34,527 nt of DNA from Promethearchaeota archaeon (GTDB taxonomy: Archaea; Asgardarchaeota; Lokiarchaeia; Sigyniarchaeales; SOKP01). The notes beneath the pieces were generated by a model. That model was not told the origin of the DNA. It made no database searches and saw only the letters and a list, made by a program, of their open reading frames with translations. Shown here in pieces: positions 27,570 through 34,527 of this stretch. A program made the translations under genes and the position numbers. Each line of letters opens with the position of its first letter. Within the stretch, counting starts at the first letter, position 1. The stretch is taken from NCBI GenBank assembly GCA_048940645.1, contig JBHLOI010000038.1, forward strand, positions 1 through 34,527. Reading direction: 5' to 3'.

Positions 27570-29564
27570 TTAATCTTCGTCCCAATCGACATCTACGACT
27601 TTCTTCTTCTTATCTTCTTCTTCCTTTTTATATGTGGCACCACCTTCTCCAGTACCACCCTCTCCTGGAGATGCTCCACCCATGCCACCTGGTGGAACGT
27701 CACCCATACCACTTGCAGCTCGCTGAGCTTGTTCAGCAGCTTGTTGATATACTTGGTCTTGAGCCTGCGAAGCATAAATTCTCTGAGAAAATCCATACAT
27801 AGATTTTTGTAAATTTTCAATACCCATTTTAATTCTATTTACATCGTCTGTTTTTATATCTTCCTCTAAAGATTTGATTGATGCTTCTATTTCATTTTTT
27901 TCATTATCTTGTATCTTGTCTTTATTGTCTTCCATTAATTTCCTTGTTTGATAAATCATCGAATCAGCATTATTTTTAGCTTCAATCAATTCACGCACCT
28001 TTTTATCTTGTTCCTCAAATTTTTCAGCATCTCTGACTTTTTGTTGGATTTCCTCTTCACTTAAACCTTTAGCGCCTGTAACTGTAATACCTGTTTCTTT
28101 TCCAGTTCCTAAGTCTTTAGCAGTAACATGGACTATGCCATCAGCATCAATAGAGAATTTTACCTCTATTTGAGGCATGCCACGAGGAGCCGGAGGTATG
28201 CCAGTTAGATGAAACATTCCTAATGAGATATTATCTTTAGCCATTGCTCTTTCTCCTTGCAAGACGTTGATGGTAACAGCTGGTTGATTATCCGCTGCTG
28301 TACTAAAGGTTTGCTTTTTCTCAGTTGGAATAGTTGTATTTCTTTCTATTAATTTTGTAAAAACACCCCCTAAAGTTTCTACGCCTAGTGATAATGGAGT
28401 AACATCTAATAATAGTAGATCTTCTACATCTCCCGCAATTATTCCTCCTTGAATTGCTGCTCCAATCGCTACACACTCCATAGGATCGACTGAATGCTCT
28501 GGTTCTTTTTTAAAGAACTTTTTAAATCGTTCCTGAACAGAGGGCATTCTTGTTGGACCACCAACTAAAATGACTTTATCCACATTATTTGGAGAGATTT
28601 TAGCATCTGATACAGCTCTTTGCATAATAGGATCTAATCTTCTCAAGGTTGGTTCAATTAATTGTTCTAATTTGGCTCTAGTAAGTTCCATTTCTAAATG
28701 AACGGGATTCCCTTCTTTTTGTGTAATATAAGGTAAATTTATTTGCGTGGATAATGTTGTAGATAATTCTATTTTTGCTTTTTCAGCAGCATCCTTAATT
28801 CTAATCATAGCTTTATTATCTCCTTTTAGGTCAATCCCCTCTTTCTTCTTAAAGTCCTCAGCAACCCAGTCAATTATGGCGTTATCCATGTCAGTTCCAC
28901 CAAGTTGAGTATCTCCAGCTGTAGAAAGGACTTCTACAACCCCTTCACCATATTCCATCAAAGTTATATCAAATGTACCTCCGCCCAAATCTAAAACACA
29001 TATTTTATAAAGCTTATCTTTTGTATCTTTATCAAGACCGTAAGCAAGACATGCTGCTGTTGGTTCATTAATCATTCGCACGACTTCTAATCCTGCAATT
29101 TCACCAGCATTTTTCGTAGCTGTTCTTTGGGCATCATTAAAGTAAGCTGGTACAGTAATAACCGCCTTTTTTACGTCTTCACCAAGATATGCTGCTGCAT
29201 CATTTTTTATTTTTGTAAGTATCATTGCACTAATTTCTTCAGGCGAAAACTCTTTCCACTCTTTTCCTACTTTAATTTTAGCTTTATATGATAAACCCAT
29301 CTTACGTTTAATCGCAGTTACAGTACCATCAGGATTTGAAACTGCCTGACGACGAGCAGGTTCCCCTACTATTTTACGCCCATTCTCATCAAACGCCACA
29401 TATGATGGAAAGGCTTTCCCTCCTAATGTACGACCTTCTGCAGCTGGAATAATTTCAGGTTTTCCAGTACCACCTAAGACAGCACATGCGCTATTTGAAG
29501 TTCCTAGGTCGATTCCGATTACTCTCTCTTTCTTTTTCGGGCTTTCTGTTTTTTCTTCACTCAT
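27570..29564 (-). CDS. dnaK: Chaperone DnaK (Hsp70), archaeal/Gram-positive type lacking the ~24-aa N-terminal insert
   Basis: [76 protein letters not shown]. Confidence 0.99.
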   Translation of the reverse strand: MSEEKTESPKKKERVIGIDLGTSNSACAVLGGTGKPEIIPAAEGRTLGGKAFPSYVAFDENGRKIVGEPARRQAVSNPDGTVTAIKRKMGLSYKAKIKVGKEWKEFSPEEISAMILTKIKNDAAAYLGEDVKKAVITVPAYFNDAQRTATKNAGEIAGLEVVRMINEPTAACLAYGLDKDTKDKLYKICVLDLGGGTFDITLMEYGEGVVEVLSTAGDTQLGGTDMDNAIIDWVAEDFKKKEGIDLKGDNKAMIRIKDAAEKAKIELSTTLSTQINLPYITQKEGNPVHLEMELTRAKLEQLIEPTLRRLDPIMQRAVSDAKISPNNVDKVILVGGPTRMPSVQERFKKFFKKEPEHSVDPMECVAIGAAIQGGIIAGDVEDLLLLDVTPLSLGVETLGGVFTKLIERNTTIPTEKKQTFSTAADNQPAVTINVLQGERAMAKDNISLGMFHLTGIPPAPRGMPQIEVKFSIDADGIVHVTAKDLGTGKETGITVTGAKGLSEEEIQQKVRDAEKFEEQDKKVRELIEAKNNADSMIYQTRKLMEDNKDKIQDNEKNEIEASIKSLEEDIKTDDVNRIKMGIENLQKSMYGFSQRIYASQAQDQVYQQAAEQAQRAASGMGDVPPGGMGGASPGEGGTGEGGATYKKEEEDKKKKVVDVDWDED

Positions 29565-29772
29565 AATAAAACTTCACTTCAATCAGATTATTAATCAATA
29601 TAATTCAATTATATTATAATATTTTTATTCTACATTATTTCCTATTAAAATAATAATTAATGGTAAAATTTAAAATTTTTATGATATAGAGATCATTATA
29701 AAAATGGATAAATAAACTGGATATTATAAGTTATTAAAACTAAATCTTTATGAAATATAAAGGGATAGGAAT

Positions 29773-30588
29773 ATGACTCGGAAAAATAAAGAAAAGGAAG
29801 AGAAAGAGAAAGAATCTCAAGTAAACAACAAAACTAAATCAGAAGATTCTCAGCTATCGACAGATAAAGTAGAAGACGAATCAATAGAAGAGGGACAAAC
29901 TAAAATTAAACAGATTGAAGGTGAAGAACCTCAAAAACTAGAATATTTCTCTAAAGATGATTTACTCGGAAAAGTTCAAAATTTAGAAGAAAACCTTAAA
30001 GTGGCAGAAGAAAAATTATCCCAATTTCAAAATCAAGCAAATGAGTGGAAAAATAAGTTTATGCACCTACAAGCGGAATTCGAAAACGCTCAAAAAAGAT
30101 GGGATAAATATCGTCAAAATTTAAGTATTCAGTATACTGCTTCAACATTAAAAACCTTCTTACCATTATATGATTCCTTTAAAAAAGCCCTTGAAAATGA
30201 AAATCCTCAGAATGATATATTAAAAGGTTTTTATGACCAATTTATGAATATCTTAAAATCTTATAAAGCGGAACCAATTAAAGTAAACATCAACGATCCT
30301 TTTGACTATAATTATCATGAAGCCTTAAGTACTGTTGAAAGAGACGATGTACCTAGCAATACCATTATAGATATTGTCCAGGATGGATGGAAACAGGATA
30401 AAGAGGTAATCCGATATGCGAAAGTAATAATCTCTCGTGAACCTAAACCACCAGAACCAGAGCCAGAGCTAGAAGAAAAAGATAAAAAGGAAGCAATCGA
30501 AGAAGAAGAAAAAGTGGAAGAAAAAGAGAAACCAGAAAAACAAGAAGAAGATTCTAAAGGAAAGAAAGGAGATGAATTAACCGATTGA
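29773..30588 (+). CDS. grpE: Nucleotide exchange factor GrpE with acidic N- and C-terminal extensions
   Basis: LQAEFEN..KR, FLPLYDSF.KA, PFDYNYHEA, IVQDGW....VIRYAKV; divergent from dnaK. Confidence 0.95.
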   Translation: MTRKNKEKEEKEKESQVNNKTKSEDSQLSTDKVEDESIEEGQTKIKQIEGEEPQKLEYFSKDDLLGKVQNLEENLKVAEEKLSQFQNQANEWKNKFMHLQAEFENAQKRWDKYRQNLSIQYTASTLKTFLPLYDSFKKALENENPQNDILKGFYDQFMNILKSYKAEPIKVNINDPFDYNYHEALSTVERDDVPSNTIIDIVQDGWKQDKEVIRYAKVIISREPKPPEPEPELEEKDKKEAIEEEEKVEEKEKPEKQEEDSKGKKGDELTD

Positions 30589-30768
30589 AAATTATTTTTT
30601 AATTATTTATCGAAATTGATATTAGACTTTTAGTTTATAAAAAATTCTCTTGTACTTTTGTAATTTTTAATTATTCTTTTTATTCTCCTTATTGTTTATA
30701 ATGAAAATCTATTTTTACCTAAACTCCTATGCTTAGATTATATAATTTAAAGTTTTAGGGACAAACAA

Positions 30769-31626
30769 ATGAATAAAATTAGAAAGGTAAAATTAACTTT
30801 GAAAAGCCGACCAACTATGGAAGGAGCGGGAGTTAGATTAAAAAGAGCTTTTGGGTATGCTGATCCTTCACTAGATCCTTTTTTACTCTTAGATGACTTT
30901 CATTCTGATGATCCAAATGACTATATTGCAGGGTTTCCTTGGCATCCACATCGCGGAATAGAAACCATTACTTATATGCTTCATGGAAAAGTAGAACATG
31001 GTGATAGTTTAGGAAATGGCGGAATTATTGAAGCAGGGGATGTTCAATGGATGACTGCAGGCTCAGGAATAATTCATCAAGAAATGCCAAAGAAAAATGA
31101 AGAAGATTTGCTTTTAGCAGGGTTTCAACTATGGGCAAACCTCCCAGCTTCACACAAAATGATGGATCCACGTTATCGAGATATTAAAAAAGAAGAGATT
31201 CCAGAGATCGATTTTGATGATGGAGTAAAAGTAAAAATAATCTGTGGAGAAGTAAATGGAACAAAAGGACCAGTTCAAGATATAATTACTGAACCAGAAT
31301 ATTTAGATGTTTCAATAGAACCCAATTCAAAATTTAGTCATCCAGTTAAAGAGGGGAATAATTTAATTGCTTATATTATCGAGGGAGAAGCTTATTTTGA
31401 TGAAGATAACGAGAATCTTGTTGGAGTTGAAAACTTGGTAATATATAAAGATGGTGATCAAGTTTTAATAAGAACCACAAGCAATAATGTTCGATTTCTT
31501 TTAATTTCTGGAAAACCTATAAAAGAACCTGTTGCGTGGCGTGGTCCCATAGTAATGAACACTGATGAGGAACTAAGAATTGCTTTTCGAGAGTACCAAA
31601 ATGGTACTTTTATTAAACATAAATAA
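30769..31626 (+). CDS. Pirin family bicupin protein
   Basis: DPFLLLD, GFPWHPHRGIETITY, VQWMTAGSGIIHQE, FQLWANLP, GPIVMNT. Confidence 0.97.
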   Translation: MNKIRKVKLTLKSRPTMEGAGVRLKRAFGYADPSLDPFLLLDDFHSDDPNDYIAGFPWHPHRGIETITYMLHGKVEHGDSLGNGGIIEAGDVQWMTAGSGIIHQEMPKKNEEDLLLAGFQLWANLPASHKMMDPRYRDIKKEEIPEIDFDDGVKVKIICGEVNGTKGPVQDIITEPEYLDVSIEPNSKFSHPVKEGNNLIAYIIEGEAYFDEDNENLVGVENLVIYKDGDQVLIRTTSNNVRFLLISGKPIKEPVAWRGPIVMNTDEELRIAFREYQNGTFIKHK

Positions 31627-31641
31627 ACTTTACCATGGAAT

Positions 31642-32607
31642 TTATGTTATAAACGGGTTTAATAGAAGAGAAAATATAATAATTACAGATCCGTAAAAGG
31701 CTAATAGAAATATAATATCTTTTCTATTTTTAGGAAGGTCTCTCTTAAATACAAGTCTTAGTGGAGCAGTTATTATAATTTTAATAAAATTAGGAAGTGG
31801 GATTAAAAATGGTGTTTTTTTTCGATACTCATCATATTTTTCAGGGAATCTATTATTCATCATGATTTCTTCATATAATGCAATGCCTATAATAATCAAT
31901 GCTGAGAGAAACCAAATAAATGTATATTCAAAAAATTTCGCACCTTTTGCATAACTAGTAATTGGTATTAAAGTTAAAAGATATATACCATAACTCCATA
32001 TAAGATATCCTAGGAATTGAGGATGGCGTGAATATTTATAAATTGAGAAATCTACAATCTCTTTTCTATAGATTACTCTTTGAAGCCACGCAATTACTCC
32101 AAAAGCGAATATGATAAGCCCAATTAGTATAATTCCATAACAAAAATATCTTACAACTAAGTCTGCATTTGATGAAAAAGAAGCTAAATAATCAATAATC
32201 ATATAAGGTAATTTAATGATAGAACCAAGTGTAAGTATATTAAATTCAGATGAATCTAAAGGTAATAATATAATCTGAAAAGCTTGAAGACCGACAAGTA
32301 GGAACATCGCCATAAAGAAGTGTGCAAAAGTGGGTAGAAATAGTACAAAAGATCCAACTTTAGATATTACTAACCTTTTTACTATAAATCCTAATATAAT
32401 TACTGTTATAATGAAACAAAGGCATATTAAACCAATTAATCTAATAAGTGGAGACCAAACAATATAAATACTTGTTCCTGGAAATACCGGAAATAAAATT
32501 TTATTCAAGAGATTATGGAACTCTAAAGTTAAATAAAATAGACTAATAGTAAATAATGCAGCTAATAATACGACTATTAGATTGTGTAAAAATTTAGATT
32601 TCTTCAT
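31642..32607 (-). CDS. Integral membrane methyltransferase-like protein (ICMT/PEMT/DUF1295 superfamily)
   Basis: Multiple TM helices with IYKYSRHPQFLG and EE.....F...Y.EY.KKTPFLIP motifs. Confidence 0.85.
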   Translation of the reverse strand: MKKSKFLHNLIVVLLAALFTISLFYLTLEFHNLLNKILFPVFPGTSIYIVWSPLIRLIGLICLCFIITVIILGFIVKRLVISKVGSFVLFLPTFAHFFMAMFLLVGLQAFQIILLPLDSSEFNILTLGSIIKLPYMIIDYLASFSSNADLVVRYFCYGIILIGLIIFAFGVIAWLQRVIYRKEIVDFSIYKYSRHPQFLGYLIWSYGIYLLTLIPITSYAKGAKFFEYTFIWFLSALIIIGIALYEEIMMNNRFPEKYDEYRKKTPFLIPLPNFIKIIITAPLRLVFKRDLPKNRKDIIFLLAFYGSVIIIFSLLLNPFIT

Positions 32608-32911
32608 AAATTAAATTAAAATTTCTTTATTATTTAAAATAGTTTAGAACCGTTTATTTAATATTATGTTCAAATCTTTAAAATTTGGAATCTCTGAAGT
32701 AAGTAAAACCTTATTTTGTGAATTTGTAGATCAAATTTATAAACGGCGTGATTGGTTAAAATAATTTAAGGATTTTAAGACTACAAAGTCATTCATAATT
32801 TATAGCAATAATAATTGATAACCTAAAAAATTATTAGTTACATTTCTTTTTACTTCATAATAAAAATAAGTTGATAAATAAATCAAAGTAAAAAGAGGAA
32901 AACAGCCAGAA

Positions 32912-33163
32912 ATGGCAGAAGAACCACAATTCCCGGACTTACCAGATCTTGGAGATATTGACAGAAAAGATAGATTTATCCAAAAGAAGACATCAGTTAT
33001 TAAATGTAAGGAATGCATGGGAAGGTATGAGCGACCCTTCAAAGTGGGCGATTATACATTTAAGAAGTTAACTGATGAAGAATGTGAAAAATGCCATCGA
33101 AGCAAATCTTTAACTATTGAAGAAATTTATGCTGAATGGATTGATCCTAAAAAAAGTAAATAA
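32912..33163 (+). CDS. Small zinc-binding protein, function unknown
   Basis: CKEC...RPFKVGDY.F......CEKC.....IEEIY; GAGGA SD upstream. Confidence 0.8.
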   Translation: MAEEPQFPDLPDLGDIDRKDRFIQKKTSVIKCKECMGRYERPFKVGDYTFKKLTDEECEKCHRSKSLTIEEIYAEWIDPKKSK

Positions 33164-33247
33164 AAGCATATTTACTTACCCTAAAATACTTTTTAAAGAT
33201 TAAACTCTTTATTATATTAATTTAAATTTTATAAGAGGTAAATAAGT

Positions 33248-34351
33248 TTGTCAGAGAGTAATGATAGATATATAATCGATAACTTTCATGCTGAGAGTTT
33301 AGAAAACAATCCATTAAATAGCCCTTCGGATCGAGATATTAATATATATTTACCTCCTAATTATTACGAAGATGAGGATAAAAGGTATCCTGTAATTTAT
33401 CTTCTACATGGATATTCTGGGAATAATTGGAGCTGGACAACCACATCGAAATATTCAAAAGATAAGGCTTTTGATTTTCAGGTTGTTCCACGAAAAATTC
33501 TTGAAAAATTAGATATCAATCGATTATTGAATTTTGAAATTCTGGACGGATTAATCCAAAGTGGAGAACTTAAACCTTTTATTTTTGTTCAACCTGATGG
33601 AAGTCTACAGGTCCCTAATATATTTAAAAGGAAAGATTTAAGGGGGAATATTATGACTAAGGGAAGTTTTTATGTAAATTCTCCCTACACAGGTAATTAC
33701 ATGGATTATATTGTTAATGATGTCCTAAATTATGTTGATTCTAACTACAGAACCCTTTCAGATAAAAATCATAGAGCATTGATAGGGTGTTCAATGGGGG
33801 GATATGGAGTATTATTAATTTCTCTACATCATCCTGAAAAATTTAATTCTGTTTGTGCTTTAAGTCCTGGAAATGCAAGAAATATGGAAGGCTTGGATTG
33901 GCAATTAAGAATTCCAATTTATACTGAGCTTTTTGGTCAAAAAATGTCGGCCCAAGTAGGGGATGCTGCTTGGAATGATATAATGGATACTTATGATCTT
34001 ATTTTTTCTCATGATAATAGATTAATACCAACTATTAAGAGAGATGATCAAGGAAATATCATTGATTATAATAAAGACGCATTTAAAAATTGGGCTAAAC
34101 AAGATCTCATTAATTTGATTGAGAAATTTCCCGATTCCTTGCGGAAGGTTCATTTACAATTAAATTGTGAAAGTACAGATGAATTTGGACTCACAAGGGT
34201 GGCTATTAGTCTACATGAAAAGTTAGCAGAATTAGGAATTGAACATGATTATGAAATATATTCTGATCCAAAAGCAGCACTTACACCTCATATATTAGGA
34301 ATTGGTTATCACATTCTGCCTGGAATAAAATTCTGTTTAAAACATTTTTAA
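33248..34351 (+). CDS. Alpha/beta-hydrolase, putative esterase family
   Basis: IYLPPNY....RYPVIYLLHG, nucleophile elbow GCSMGG, HPEKF, C-terminal Asp/His candidates; GAGGT SD before the TTG start. Confidence 0.92.
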   Translation: MSESNDRYIIDNFHAESLENNPLNSPSDRDINIYLPPNYYEDEDKRYPVIYLLHGYSGNNWSWTTTSKYSKDKAFDFQVVPRKILEKLDINRLLNFEILDGLIQSGELKPFIFVQPDGSLQVPNIFKRKDLRGNIMTKGSFYVNSPYTGNYMDYIVNDVLNYVDSNYRTLSDKNHRALIGCSMGGYGVLLISLHHPEKFNSVCALSPGNARNMEGLDWQLRIPIYTELFGQKMSAQVGDAAWNDIMDTYDLIFSHDNRLIPTIKRDDQGNIIDYNKDAFKNWAKQDLINLIEKFPDSLRKVHLQLNCESTDEFGLTRVAISLHEKLAELGIEHDYEIYSDPKAALTPHILGIGYHILPGIKFCLKHF

Positions 34352-34384
34352 TTAAAAAGAGAAAAAAATGGCTTGTCTTGCTGT

Positions 34385-34527
34385 TTATTCAATTCCAAGT
34401 AACTTTATTATTAAGTTAGCCATTGAATAAGGATCCAAGCTTTTATCCATAACTAGATTAATGTATTTTTCTATTTCAGAATTAGATGAAATTAATTTTT
34501 CTACTTTTTTAGTTAGTTTATGTTTCA
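34385..34527 (-). CDS. 3' end of a gene running off the window, probably MeaB/ArgK-like GTPase
   Basis: Open frame KHKLTKKVEKLISSNSEIEKYINLVMDKSLDPYSMANLIIKLLGIE*; the V.....DPY..A..I ending resembles MeaB C-termini. Confidence 0.5.
   Translation of the reverse strand, partial: KHKLTKKVEKLISSNSEIEKYINLVMDKSLDPYSMANLIIKLLGIE

Overview
AT-rich archaeal-type window, most consistent with an Asgard archaeon of the Lokiarchaeia. That assignment is an inference from the BRE/TATA promoters, an archaeal type-A RNase P RNA, a DnaK lacking the Gram-negative insert, Loki-style giant glycosylated surface proteins and an SDS22-like LRR relic. Housekeeping content: nitronate monooxygenase-family protein, K+-independent-type membrane pyrophosphatase, GNAT, rnpB (not in the ORF track), HD protein, NTPase, dnaJ, a TLP1-like thiolase, divergent dnaK/grpE, pirin, an ICMT/PEMT-like methyltransferase, an esterase and the 3' end of a probable MeaB. 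The most interesting signals are four. (1) A 584-aa protein fusing an N-terminal helix-hairpin-helix DNA-binding domain to a region that follows the BRO1/ALIX domain motif order, next to a membrane-anchored winged-helix-like gene; this is a candidate DNA-membrane-ESCRT coupling module. (2) Two convergent giant surface-protein genes sharing an in-frame ~300-bp repeat cassette in inverted orientation, with 39-46 bp exact mosaic patches; this is a candidate domain-shuffling or inversion system. (3) A CD36/LIMP-like hairpin-topology membrane protein with internal repeats. (4) A Cys-rich exported protein whose UAG stop is followed by tandem hairpins and a short in-frame extension. All family calls were made by eye; no searches were run.
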